From the NCBI GenBank assembly GCA_010015585.1, contig ML975153.1: a stretch of DNA of 64,000 nt; one strand, given 5' to 3'. Below the pieces are notes generated by a model. It was not told the DNA's origin and searched no databases. It was given only the letters and a program-made list of their open reading frames with translations. This stretch comes from Eremomyces bilateralis CBS 781.70. Taxonomy: Eukaryota. A program made the translations under genes and the position numbers. Of the stretch, positions 1 through 13,300 are shown in pieces. Position 1 is the stretch's first letter, and every line of letters begins with the position of its first letter.

Positions 1-444
1 ATGGTATTCGGCGGTTTCCTTCTGAAACAAGCATTCGAGCTGGCCTTTTGCTGTGCGGCCTCCTTTTCGCACCAGCGACCGTCCTTCCTTTCCCTGGACC
101 CTTCGACCTTTGAAAATCCGGTTCCCGTGGGGTCGGTGCTATATCTTTCGGCTCGGGTGGTGTACACCGATCCGCCGCTTGTCCCTGGGGTGGGGGAAGT
201 GGCCGAGCAAGACAGTTCTCGGACTCGGCTACACGTTCGAGTGGATTCCAAGGTCCGCGACGTTGCGCACGGTGCGACCAAGCCGACCGGAACTTTCAAT
301 TACACATTTGTCGTGGACAGGGATATCAAGGTCATGCCGAGGACCTACACCGAATTCATGATGTACATCGACGCGAGGCGGCGGCTGAAGAAAGTTGACC
401 GCACGCTTGTTGATATTCGGACCAAGGGCAACGTAACAGAATAG
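1..444 (+). CDS. Acyl-CoA thioesterase, double hotdog fold (ACOT9-like), 3' part; 5' end lies outside the window
   Basis: FGGFLLKQAFELA..., FENPVPVGSVLYLSARVVYT and TGTFNYTF...VMPRTYTE match the second hotdog domain of ACOT9-type thioesterases; TAG at 442-444. Confidence 0.8.
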   Translation: MVFGGFLLKQAFELAFCCAASFSHQRPSFLSLDPSTFENPVPVGSVLYLSARVVYTDPPLVPGVGEVAEQDSSRTRLHVRVDSKVRDVAHGATKPTGTFNYTFVVDRDIKVMPRTYTEFMMYIDARRRLKKVDRTLVDIRTKGNVTE

Positions 445-692
445 AGCAACATCGTGACCCTATGTACAAAAAAATCATCCGCAATACGTGGACAATCCAT
501 GAGCGACACCATGCGATGCAAATGATTTGAAGGAGACCACAACTGACAAAAGCATCTGCGCTTGGCGACCGGGACGGAAGCCCTCATCGCCGTACCATCT
601 AGGCGGCGTGGTTTCCAAATGCAGCCTCCCGTTTCCAACACATAGATATTGACCATTTTAACCCCAGAGACATGCCCGTTGATTCGAGCCTT

Positions 693-1272
693 TCAAACCG
701 CAATCCACATGACGGTCAGCACGACGTCCATGCCCTTTGCCTCACCACCTTCGTATTTGGTGCTCCACATGCCATCCTTCTCGCTGTTCCAGAATGCCGC
801 GGCGGCGCTGTGCATGCCTCGCCGGCCGGCTTTGGAGTGGGCCGCCTCCTGGTCTGGCTCCTGGGTGGTCTCGGATACGAGAGGCGCCGTATGCTGGATG
901 ATGGTGCTGTTCACCGCAAACTTGTAGGGAGACGGGCCGTCCTTAACGGAGGTGTCGGAAACCACGGACTCGAGGATCTTATGCTGCCATGGGAAAGGGC
1001 GGTTAACTCTGCGCTGGGTTGACAAGGCTGAAAACGGGGGGTTGGCGTACAATGATCCCCTCGTTCCATTTGGCGCATGAGGTATGGTCGTAGGCGGTAG
1101 CGGAGGACAGAGCAGCATCGCACGCCTTCATAATGGTCAGTTAGTGGATTGATGAGTTCAGGAGCGACGCACTTGATCTGCGATCTCTTTCAGACGCTGT
1201 TCTGGGACGGGCTGAGCAAGTTAGTTAGGTGCAAGATGTAGGAGCGCAGTGGACGAAGCGTACTGGAGCCAT
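693..1272 (-). CDS. Dynein light chain, Tctex-1 family (4 exons)
   Basis: Exons 1272-1264, 1211-1173, 1125-1051 and 983-693 with GT-AG introns give MAPPVPEQRLKEIADQACDAALSSATAYDHTSCAKWNEGIIHKILES...YKFAVNSTIIQH...GRRGMHSAAAAFWNSEKDGMWSTKY...VVLTVMWIAV, the fungal Tctex-1 signature. Confidence 0.9.
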
Positions 1273-1439
1273 TTTATTTTGAGATGAACGTGGACGGGTT
1301 CTAAGATATTGTATGGAGCTTTGTGTGTAATTCAATCCAAGCACAGTTTCTTTAGGAGTCTCTTACTTCACTCCAAGATGTCTTACTATCAACATTGAGT
1401 GTTGTGATGGAGAGAGCACTTTCGACATCAACAGTTCCT

Positions 1440-1512
1440 AACGTGCGCCGGATAAAAACACCCAATCGTGCCAATCCAATTCATGTGATCAACAACAACT
1501 CTGTATCACGTG
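1440..1512. promoter_or_regulatory. Candidate bHLH (Pho4/NUC-1-type) E-boxes upstream of VTC1
   Basis: CACGTG at 1507-1512 and AACGTG (CACGTT on the minus strand) at 1440-1445, in the Tctex-1/VTC1 divergent intergenic region. Confidence 0.35.
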
Positions 1513-1898
1513 CTTTATTGATTACATGTGCAGCTCTTCTCGTCCGCTGGATCATTCCGTCACATTGCTTCATCTTCACCTTGATTCCTCGAGTTGATAT
1601 CAAGCTATTATCATATGCCGTCCCAAATGCAGTGCCGGTAATTACGGTACCGGCATTATCATGGTTTATGCCTTTTTGGACTTGAATGTTTCTACCACTA
1701 CTTCAATTGAAAGTGCCAAACGTTAAAGTCCTCAATTGAGTCTTCGTGTCTGTGTCTATCCCCCACAGTAGCATCAGTCTTCAACCCTTCCACCGTCCAA
1801 TCTGACGGGTGGAGAGAGCAATTGGTTGCCACAACGTCAAGATCACGGGCTTTTCCCTTCCTCTAAACCCCCAAACACGCATATCCTCGACCTCCATC

Positions 1899-2370
1899 AT
1901 GTCTAGCCAGCCGCTTCTTCAGCAAGCCGCAGGTAAGCTCCCCCGCAATCACCCATACTGTTCCACCACAACCAATCCCCTCCCACCTTAACTACCGTAC
2001 TCACTCACCCTACGTTCCAGGCAAGCGCATCGCCCTCCCCACCCGCGTCGAACCCAAAGTCTTCTTCGCCAACGAACGCACCTTCCTCTCATGGCTCAAC
2101 TTCACCGTCATCCTCGGCGGCCTCGCGGTCGGCTTGCTGAACTTCGGCGACAAGGTGGGCCAGATCAGTGCCGGCCTATTCACGATCGTGGCCATGGCCG
2201 CGATGATATACGCCGTCTTCACGTTCCACTGGCGGGCGCGGAGCATCCGGCAGCGGGGACAGAGCGGGTTCGACGATAGATACGGGCCGACGGTGCTGGC
2301 GATTGCGCTGCTGGCCGCGGTCATTGTGAACTTTGTGTTGAGGGTGACGAATGCGGGGAAGAAATCTTGA
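1899..2370 (+). CDS. VTC1: Vacuolar transporter chaperone 1 (polyphosphate polymerase subunit)
   Basis: ATG 1899, intron 1933-2020; [39 protein letters not shown]...[10 protein letters not shown], three TM helices. Confidence 0.95.
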
Positions 2371-2921
2371 TGCGGAAATGCAGCGGTTGTAGAGAATGGT
2401 GCCCACGGATTGTTGTAGACTACCAGTCGTGAACGCGGGAGAGGGGATGGTTATCAATCCACCCGGTGGTAGTGTATAAACGTTTCATTCCCACATAATC
2501 CATTAGGTTAAATGAAGATCTCCGGGGGTCTGTACTATGTACATTGGAAAATTACAGTTAGATCGACGCTGAGATCATGTCTATTCGCTAGCTCCGGTTG
2601 GATTCTTTCTATCATGAATCCAATCAACCTTTACGGCATTTTAAGACCATTGCATGTTATCCATTCGCTATTATGCTGTGCCTTAATGAACCTGCTGAGT
2701 CTTAGCCCCTTTCAAAGGGTCTGGTGTGCATGAGCACACATGTATAATATACACCATTGCTTGACGCATGGTCCAAACTTCATTACGCAGGTCATGATGC
2801 GCTCCCTTCCATTTCGTTTCCCGAAGAATCCCCCACGTTCACGCTTCAGGTTGCTCCCCTGCAAATTTGTAACAAGCTCAGCTGGCGGACCTTCACGTCT
2901 TCCAACGCCATTCTAACCCGA

Positions 2922-5900
2922 CTAGACATAGAGAGAAGACGTATAGTCCTCAATCTCGTCTAGAAGATTGACGGTTTCAGTTTCCTCACATTCTTCTGCT
3001 TTCGATCGAAGTGGCACCACGCCACCATGAATTTTCTGGTACCCCAGACCGCCGAGTTCCCAGGTTCCGCAGTTCGAGCAGTGAACCGCCTGATCATTCT
3101 CGAGCACGATGGCCTGATTCCCGCACGAGAAGCAGGTGAAGTGGCAGAGGTCACAAGTCTCCGCGACAGGCTTCTCCTCATCGGTGGACTTAAAGCGAGT
3201 TGGCCGTTGACATGACGGGCACAGTGCTCGTCGTTGGTCCACGGGGCGGCCCACAGGCGCGGAAAATAAGTTCGTGGGAATCCGGCCTTGAGATCTTCCT
3301 GAGTCGCCGATTTCTTGAACGATGTCGGTGAAATCACCACGACGGGATGAGGAGCGAGGAAGTGTGTCCTTCGGAGTTGAGGTAGCGGTTACCCCAGCCT
3401 TCAAGTCCCACTGCATCTTTAACTCTTCCTCGAACGTGCAAATCTCCGCCTGCTCCTTCTTCTTCTGCTTTGCCTCATCCCTTTTCCTACGTGGATCATC
3501 GTGTCGAGCGAATGGCTGTGCATCATGCAACGTGCGGTCCTCATTCCCAATCTCTAGCACTTGGATGGCGCCCTTGTCTTCTCCGATAAGCAGCTTCGAG
3601 AAATCCGGCGAGAACGATCCAGACAAGATGGCGGATTGAAGCTGAATATGATCGCGCACGAAGCCACAATCACGAGATCCGGACTGATAAATGTCCCACG
3701 ATTTCACCACCCCATCCGACGATCCGCTGAATAGCCGGTGACGATCCCGGCCCCAAGAAAGAAACCGTATACCCGTGTCGGCAAGTTCAAGCGGCTCGTC
3801 ATCGTCCAACGGGGTGATCGGGAGACCGTGCGACATTGTATGCAGCACTTGGTTTGGGTTTCGAAGATCCCAGACTCGTACTTTCCCATCAGTACTTCCA
3901 GCAGCCACGATGCTCTGATCAAAGGGGGAGAAGATCACATCGTTGATGTCGTAAGCCGGCGACTCAAGCTCGATCGCAGAAGAATACCGGGCATTGATAT
4001 TCATCGGGTATATTCGGACTTCGGTCCTTGTTCCGCGGTTGATGTTCAGTTTATGTCGGTCCGCCACCACAGCTGCTGCAAACTGATTCGAATGAGGACT
4101 CCAACCGCACTCAAATACCTTACTCGAGGAAGGCGACACATCGAAAACCTTGGACCCGTGGTCCACGTCCCAGATACAGAGATCCCCGCTCTTCTCAGGC
4201 TGCGAATTGGTATCACGTTCTTCACCGAATCCGGCGAGAAGGTAGCCCTGAGTATAGGCGTGCTTGCCCCAATGCAAACAGGTAGGGAATATATGTGCTT
4301 CCGGCTTTCCTGCCGCCTTTTTGGACCGTAGTCGTATCGGACTTTCATCCGCACTCGCTTCTGACCGATATTCTGCGTAATTGAAGATAGTGATTGACTT
4401 GTCGGAGCGCTTAATTCCGGTGGCAACAAGGTTTGCTTGGCTGACATCCATAACAACCACCTTACGATGAAGATTGCAGGTTATATCCTCTCTCATCTGG
4501 CTCTTTCGCACCTTATTCCGTCGCAAGTGGCCGTCGTATCCCGTGGAGTACAGTGAAGAGCCGTCGAGGGAAAAGGCAACCTGAGTGACGGTGGAGTGTA
4601 GGCCGGTAGAACGATTTCGGTGACTAGCTAGTTCATGAATCGTCTTGCTGCTAGGCTTCCCCAGAAGCACGTTATACGGCTGGTTATATATAGCATCATT
4701 GCCTTCAGACAAACAGGATGCGCCAGCTGCAAACATGTCACCCTGAGGCGACCACGCCACCGATACAACTGATCCGGAGGTACCGGTAAAGGTAAGGGAA
4801 GGACCAAGAGAGTCATACACGGTACGTTTCAGGCTTCGGGTAATGGAAGGTGTAGTCTGCCTGATCTCCCTACTCCGCAGTTCTTGGGACGGGGACATCA
4901 CAGGACGCCTTGTGCCCTGAAGGAGCAAAATTTGGGGGCTTGTCGCCATTCCAGTGCGCGCATCGCGTAGAAAGTCCTGAATGCTAGCAAGACTTCGCCT
5001 AAACTGAAGCCGCTCTTGGGCAGAATGAGATATCGCTAGTAACTGAGCTTCTGAGAGGTCCGCGGAGAGCCATAATCGATCACCAGACACGGAAACCGTA
5101 GCATCGATGCCGAGAGACCTAATACAGCTATTAAGCTCCGATACTTCGGCTTGTGTAAACCCGATGTGAAGGCCGCTGTCCGTCCACGAGACATCCGAAT
5201 CTGGAGTCTTTTCCCAGATTGATCCGTTTCGGAGCCTATTGACAAGACTGTTGCGCGTATTCTCGGCGAGGTAAGGCCTAGACGAAAGCCGTTCTACTTG
5301 TTGTCTCTTCAGCCGCCTTTCCCATCGCGCTTGGATATTTCCCGCCTTGGTTTGCTCTGTAGCAGAGACCGGAGCAGAGATAATAACCTCATCAAGGTCG
5401 TCCAAATCCAGCGGCTTCTCAGCATAGTTTAGCAGTGGCCTTGTGCGTCGAGTCTGCCGTCGTACACCAGGGGCATCGAACGGCATAGAGGCCTGCGACT
5501 CTGACTCTGACGCTTCAGATGCAGTGTCGGACGTCGGATCGCTATCGCTTAGCTCCTTTCGTACTGATGCTGGCAGAAGGCTTAATGCAGCCTTTCGAGG
5601 CCCGGGGCCGTGGCCAGCGCCCCTCTGAATCCGTGTCGACCATTGAACATTAAGTGTGTTCACTGTACGCCCTAGGATCGCTGCAATGTCCTTCATAGGT
5701 GCACCCAGCTTTTCTTTCATAAGCACCAGAACAGCGTGTTGGTCAGGCATGAAATGCGTGCCACTGTGGTCGCGGCCTTTGGTATCATATCGAAATGATC
5801 CGCACTGTACTGCAGTCCCGGAAACTATGACCGGAGGCGGCACCAGATCATTTGAGGAGGCGTGGGTGAAGAATCCGTTTGTAGCAGCTCGACCGACAAC

Positions 5901-6895
5901 CGTGCCAGAGGCTTGCATAGGCGTATGCATCAAGGGTTTAAACGTCAATTTAGGCGTGGTTCCCATTGGCAAATGAGTGTGTTGGGTCCGATTCTGCACG
6001 GCAGAAACCCTGGCCGGTCGACTTGGCGAAATGACTTCTTTATAACTCTCGCTCGGGGCGCTACGACTCACACTGTTGTCCGGACTCCATAGCTCTTTCT
6101 TTGCTAGACTTGCCCGTTTTAGAGTGTGTTCTGCTGTTTGCGTAATTAGATGGGCTTTAGAAGGTACGGGACGTAGTCTCAAATTGCTCGCCGCTGCCTT
6201 ACTCTTGACAGAGTCATGAGTCTCGGACGGCGGAGCATTCTCTGGCGATTGTAGTCGTAAGTGGCCCCGATACAGCCGCGAACTATCTTCCAGGGCCCTG
6301 TCCAGCAGATGCAGACCAATCTTGGGGAATGGCTCTGATCTTCGACAAACGTTTCGCTTCAGTGGCGGGGGTGGCCTGAACGAAGCCGGACCTTCCTCAC
6401 CTATTCTTCGATTCCGTATTTCGAGACTTGAGGGGTTCAGTGTACCGTTGGACGGGTGTCTAGGGATACGATCATTCCCATCTGTAGCGGTCAAGTTCCT
6501 GCCGTTCAGGACTCGCTCAGAGGTTGGGCGGGGATCGAAATCTTTAACATCTTCCGCCTGTGTAGGCGCAGGATCATTCGAAGGACCCCCCACGGGGGAT
6601 TGCATCAGTCCATTCAAAATAGACGAAAGCGATCCATCATCGACCACTCTTTGCTTCTTCGACGATTGTGAAGCGAGGTCGCCCGGAGCGGCGTGTTTCT
6701 GATTCGACTTGAAGCCTTCAAGTAGAGCAGATGCGGTATTTTCACGGTCTTGTGGGTCTAGTTCATCTTCATCTTCATCGAGGGTCAAATCGATGACAAC
6801 GCGGTTTGATAGACTATGCGACAAGGAAAAGTCAGTTACAAACGCATGCGACTTGGTGGAGAACCCTTGGCTACATACCCACGATTGACCGCCAT
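2922..6895 (-). CDS. Large WD40 protein, probable DDB1-CUL4-associated factor (Raf1/Dos1 / Neurospora DIM-9-like), with a Myb-like helix segment and a C-terminal Cys cluster
   Basis: ATG 6895 and intron 6878-6814 join to a ~3.9 kb exon. WD40 repeats (VAWSPQGDMFAAG, LYSTGYDG, VIFSPFD..AAGSTDGKVRVWDLR with a WDxR motif, LFSGSSDGVVKSWD); C-terminal CPSC/CDLC/CFSC/CSNC. The orthology call is an inference. Confidence 0.7.
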
Positions 6896-7509
6896 TGTGA
6901 CATTCTGGAAGTTACCTTCTAGGAGGTTCACTTGTGATGCTGTCAACATCGGTTCCAGTCCATGTAGTGTCTCGGAGTGGTGGACTGGACCACCGGGGAT
7001 TGTGTGTGGGAAGGTGCAATGTTGAGGATCACGCAGCGAGGGGAGGTGTGAGGCGTGGAGAGTTGAGTGAGTGGAGGGCGGAGGGTGGTTGTGGGTGGAG
7101 AAAGAGAAAATGTTGTTTATAGAGAATTACTAACGGAATGTAGGGAAATATTAATTTGTGATAGTTATGAAATAACAAAGTAATAATAAGTGAAGTCCAA
7201 GAGAACGTGAAGCCAACAAGGAGCGGAACGCCGCAGCGGCACGTGAGATGCTGAGAGACGCGTCAATTCGCGTTTGCCGTTTCCCCACGACATCACGGTA
7301 CTGATAGTCGGAGTTATCACCTACATGCACGGAGTACGGAATATTACATCGGATAGTCCGCTGTGATCTGGTGAAGTGAGAGTGCCCAATATTCACCTCA
7401 CCAATTCCACCGTAATTGATATGTGAACCAAGCTCTATTCCTCCCTGAAACCCCCTCAATTTCGGCTGGAACCTGTCGCCAATGTGTAAATGGCTAGAAG
7501 GACATCGCC

Positions 7510-10211
7510 ATGTCTTCAAGCAATGCGCCAGGTTCATTAGGCAGATCTGAACGCCAAACCCAGCACGCTGCAAACTCCCAGAAGAGAACGGAAAGAAGCC
7601 GGAGATACACGCGGGAGACAGTGACCGTTCGAACCAGGAGCCCCGTGAAGATTGTCGACGCGAGGACAGAACCACAGGCACAGAATCGGGGTCAGCCAGA
7701 TATTGCTCCTGGGACCGCTTCGACTACACCTTCTGCAGCTACTTCAAATGCCTCAGATATAGCGAGAGGTGAGAATATACAACGGCATGCTTATGGTCCG
7801 AGGTTGCTGACGAGATATAGTATGGACTCCACAGGCGTCACTTATCACCCATTCCTCGGCGCCGTTGGCATCGAGAATTTCCCATCCTCCGCGTGCCTCT
7901 CTAGCTCCTCAAAGCATCCGGCCGAGGCCGCTCAATGAGCTATCGCTGGAGGCTCAAGAGAGAGCCATCCTCGATGACCTTCTATTTGTTTTCATGGGAT
8001 TTGAGGGCCAGTATATCCAATATGCTGAGTCGTACAATCCTCTGGAGGAAAAAGATCGGCTGACTGGTCCCCTCTTCCGGATATTACCAGGCCTTGATCC
8101 AAGTCTACGGGATCTCACCTTATCAATGCTTAAGATAGCTACTCATTACATCGCCATCGAAACCTTCGTCGAGGTCCAGAGCCGAGAAGAGTATGGAATG
8201 GTCAATCATGCGCTTTGCGCAGCAGTTCGAAAACTGCTGAAAGACTATCTAACGCTCATCGCACAGCTGGAGCATCAATTGTTTACAAATGCGACGTTCA
8301 CACTTCACTTGCTCAATTTGCACATCAAACCCACAAGTCACATGCTTTTCCAGCTGTACGCGTTCGGCATTGAAGTGCTTAAGGCCAATTCCATCCTCGA
8401 AGACGATTCGGACGATTCTTTGGATGAAACGGAAAATCTGGACGGTATTCTCGAGTCCTTGCGCGAGGGGGCAGGCCAATTACCAGGAAAGAAAACATGT
8501 AAAGGAGGAGCGGTCCTCGGACTGATCACCAAGCGATTGGCGGCCATGGCTGGAGATCCGGCCGCAAGAGAACTTCTGACCACTCTCTTGCGGGAATCAA
8601 GTCGACCATATATGGCCATGTTGAATGAATGGCTGCATCATGGAGGGATCAAAGACCCACACAACGAGTTCCTGATCAAGGAGCAGAAGAGTATCAGGAG
8701 AGAGAAACTAGACCAGGACTATACGGACGAATATTGGGAGAAGCGATACACGATCCGTGAGAGTCTAGTCCCGCCTCAGCTCGAGTCTGTTCGCGACAAA
8801 GTGCTCCTCGCTGGCAAGTACCTCAACGTGGTTCGTGAATGCGGTGGGGTCGACGTCAGCAAAGAGTTGAAAGATGTCCCAACCACATTCGATGACCCTC
8901 GGTTCCTGGAGAATGTCAGCAATGCCTACGCGTACGCGAATGCGTCGTTGCTGGACTTGTTGTTGAAGACCCATGCTCTGCCGGCTCGGCTGCGTTCGCT
9001 GAAGCATTACTTCTTCCTTGATCGATCGGATTTCTTCACGTATTTCTTAGAGCTCAGCACTTCGGAGCTGCGAAAGCCAGCCAAGAATGTCAACGTCGGG
9101 AAACTTCAGTCGCTGTTGGACATTGTCCTGCGACAGCCTGGCAGCGTTGCCGCGGAAGACCCTTTCAAGGATGACGTGAAAGTTCAGATGAACGAGATTG
9201 GTCTGACCAGTTGGTTGATGAAGATTGTCAACGTCACTGGACTGGACCAAGATGCTGCTACCGGGAGCATTTCGAATTATCTGACACCGGCGACGCTGCC
9301 GACATCTGCCGATGACAAGGAGATCACGGGGTTCGATGCTCTCGTCCTTGACTATGCCATGCCATTTCCTCTCTCCCTTGTCGTTAGTCGCGTTACCTTA
9401 ACCCGCTATCAACTCCTCTTCCGGTACCTACTCTCGTTGCGCCATCTCGAGACTCTACTGGCTGGCAGCTGGGTCGATCATAACAAGTCCATGGCATGGA
9501 AGCATCGAAGCTCGAATCCAAAGATCGAGCTTTGGAAGCGTCGAGCGTTCACTTTGCGGGCGCGAATGCTCATTTTCGTCCAACAGCTACTCTATTATTG
9601 CACAGCGGAGGTCATTGAGCCGAACTGGCTGGCATTGATGGCTCGGCTGGATGCTGGAAAGGCCGACGATCAGGAGTCATTGGGATCATCGCAGGTGCAG
9701 AGGACTGTTGATGAGCTTATGCAGGATCATGTAGACTTCCTAGCAACATGCTTGAAAGAGTGCATGTTGACGAATTCGAAACTCCTGAGGGTACGTTGTC
9801 CACCATGCTGTTTCCATCCCACCTCAAAATCGCTCATGGCTGACCATCTGCATGACTCAGATCAACTCGAAGATTCTCTCGACGTGCACGATGTTTGCTA
9901 ATTACACTGCTTCGCTATCTCGATACCTCATCGCCGCTGATAGCGAGCTTGCCGGCTCAAATTCCGCCAAGCCTTCTGGCCGATCCCACCATCATAGCTC
10001 TTCCATCTCCTACGATCCATCAAAGCTCGACAAACTAGTGGACCTTCTTCAAAAATATGAAGAGAACTTCACGAGGCACCTGAGAGTGCTCCTTGATACC
10101 CTGAACTACCTTGCCGCCACCGAAACGGTGGTCTTCCTAAGCTTATGCGCCCGACTGAGCACCGCGAATGAAGGACTTGGGAATGAGAGGGATTCGAGGT
10201 CATACGCATAG
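7510..10211 (+). CDS. SPC97: Gamma-tubulin complex component 2 (GCP2/Spc97/Alp4)
   Basis: Introns 7769-7820 and 9791-9860; QERAILDDLLFVFMGFEGQYI, DYTDEYWEKRYTIR, KVLLAGKYLNVVRECG, LRSLKHYFFLD, EVIEPNW, FLATCLKECMLTN. Confidence 0.93.
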
Positions 10212-10383
10212 AACCAATCTCCCGAACGGGAGTTTATGTTTTGAAGAATTGGGACCTGACGTGAAATGACTCTGAAACGTGTTCATGTCCGCGTGATGAG
10301 ACTGGCTGTGGAGTGGGTTGCTCAATGTATACATCATATTCACATAGACCCGTGACCATGCAGATCTTCCGAATGTCCTTCTC

Positions 10384-13300
10384 TCATCTGCGAGTAAGTC
10401 GAGGATCCTGTGTTGGCACGTACGGATTCGAAGGATTCGAAGGTCGTGGGGTTCGTGTGCTATCGCCATACATCGCATGTTGAAGCGGGGTGGTGCCGGC
10501 ATATGGGGTGGGATTCAGGTCATGAATATGCGCGGACGCTTTGCGCTCAGCATATCTCGTGGCATCCTGAGCGTCTTTCGTCGTACCTGCTATCGTGGTT
10601 GTTCGATTCATGTTTGGATCTGTCGTCCCTGCCTGGTTCTTGGCACGCTCTGCAGCAGCTCGATATTTTTGCAGAATGCGATCACTGCAATCAAGGAACC
10701 TCTGGTGCCAATAATTAGCAGCAATGAGGTTGCGATTCCAAATTGGAGTATTCGGTGGGAGGTCCGGTATGGCCCCCGCAGGTACTCCAAAGAGTGTTTC
10801 TCGTTGGGACGGAACGCGTTGGATATAAAAGCGCATCTTAGAGGCTTGGTCTTCGTTTTCCTGTCCCGAACTTTGGCCTAGGAAATTCCAATTATCCGAC
10901 ATTACCGCGTAAAGAACGATAACGACTGATCTCTCGGTGTCGAAATGGACGCTTCCCATGCTAGTGATATTGATATATCGAGAGAAATAATCGATCCGGC
11001 GTGCTGAATCGCGGTCTTGGGGAACGATCACACCACGACCCATTGAACATTGCGGATCGTAAATCAACTCTTCGAATTGTTCGCCGAAGATCCTTTTGGT
11101 CGGCTGAAGGCAGAAACTTCCATCGAAGAGTTGAAGCAGTTCGTGGATTTGAGCATCGGATAGCCCTTGCAAGGCGATGCTGTTATCGAAAAGGCCACTG
11201 CTACCTTGGTACGGAATCGTGAGACGAGCTTGCATTTGCATATTCGATTCAATGGGCGCCCAGTCCATTGCTGAATTTGACGTGTCCATGGGTTCCGTAT
11301 CTGACTGTCGAGGTGGCCTAGGATTCTCTAGAGCCTGGACGGAGGGCGGAGTGGGGTGGCTGGGTTCTGCAGAAGTTCTTCGATTAATGTGCTCAGTTAC
11401 TTGTCGGGCGAGCCATGGTGACGGCGGATCAGGGCGATTGTGATCAGTTTCCCCATGTTCTTGTAGAGCTCGGTACGGCGACGGCGAATCGGGGCGATAG
11501 CTATCATATTGATCATATCCTTGTTGAGCTCTATGCGGCGACGGCAGACCAGGGCGATAGCTATCAATGCGTCTTTTCTCGTATGGGTTGGGCCACGACT
11601 GTGACCGAGCAGGAGCATGGTGATCAGAATTAGGGGTATATTGACGTAGAGCTTGTCCCTCGGATTCTTTTGGCGGTGGTTTGATAGGTCTGAAAAAGGC
11701 TGCTATTGCGTTCGGTTAGAAACTAATGAGCACATATAATACTCTGTAAACCTGACTTACCAGCAAAATTTCCCCGCCGTTTCGCAGGGGGAATTGCCCC
11801 ATAATCTCGGTACTCGTGGACATACTGGCAACCGGCTTGTTTCTGGCATTTTCCAGTTTCGTACCAGAAATAGCAAGTCAATTCACTTTTCGGAAGCCGC
11901 CGGAGATCGCTCTCAGGGACGTCTTTGTACGTGATCGCAGGGACTTCTGTGTAAGTAGCCGCAGGTACGTCTATCTTGGCCGTCTCAGGCTCAACGCGCC
12001 GCATCATAAGCTGGGTTTGCTCCATGATTGACTTAGCACCGCATTTATTGAGAATGTACGGCGCCTTTTTTGTCACCGGGGCGATTACAATAGGGCCGAA
12101 TGGAATCTGGTGACTTCCTGTGTTCCAATGTGCGAATTTACACGTTTCAGCATCGTGTCTGCATGGTGGCTTCCCTGTGAACCAGAAGCCACAAGATATA
12201 GGTGGACATCCGCGCTGCCATGTACCAAACTTCCGGAACAACCAAGGGTCTTCCGCCTGGATATGCATCTCGTGGGTACTGACCGGCAACTGTGACACAT
12301 GGGCATGAATAAAGACGCAGTCGTCACCCTCCCGACAGACACTTTCCTTCCAGTTAGAGCAGATGTAAGGGACAACGTAAATCCCGGTCCTCGGTAATGA
12401 GTCGTCCGAGACCTCAAGCACTTCTTCGGATGAAACATAATGCGAAGGTGGTTCTGGTTCGGAACTGCCATTGGCAATCATGGCTTTCGATGCGCTCAGG
12501 GGATCCCTGGTGGTTCCCCGGCCGAAGGCATTATCATTGTTGGGAGCTGCTGTAGTGGTTGGATTCCCGGATAGGATGTCGGATTCATACGCAGACGAGG
12601 ACTTCCGGGTAGCAAATGCACTGCTTCGTCTCCTACCCCGGGGCGGCAGATCTGGTTCGCCTTGTCGCTGCACACCGTCCTCGTTATCTTGAACGAACAA
12701 GCTTCGTGACTGTGCCGAAGCGTCACGTTGTGCAGGGGGTTGTCCAAGCTCGAGAATCGCCCTTTGTTGGTCCTCAGTTGGGATTCTCTCGGCCTTTGAC
12801 GCTTTCCGAATCTTATACGCTTCGGTGATCCACAGGGGGCGTTTCGATTTTTCGGCGCCCTCCATTTCTTTCTCGGTGTCTGCAACGGCTTTCTCGGCGG
12901 ATGGCCTTTCAGCATCGATACGGTCTTTTAATGTCTGTCTACCACGCTTTCGGGTGGGATTTGCACCAAAAAGACGCGATGTCGATGCTAAGGAATTGTA
13001 AGTATGCCGTCTAAGGAGGATTCAAGTCTCGAAAATACAAAGGACCTCTATCTATGCTTGAGTATCTGAAAATCCATAACAGATTCTGCAGTGGGCATTG
13101 AGATAAGTTGTGAAATGAAAATAACATGGGGAATTAGAACATATAGCAGAATGTCAACATATCGCGCAGCACTCAAACAACAACAGCATTGACTATGATG
13201 GTATCAATAGCACGTGAACACAGTGAGTTCGCGACTTGCAACAACCAGTAACTCATGCTTCGTTCCTTCCCATCAACCGCAATTCGATCTAGTTACAAAC

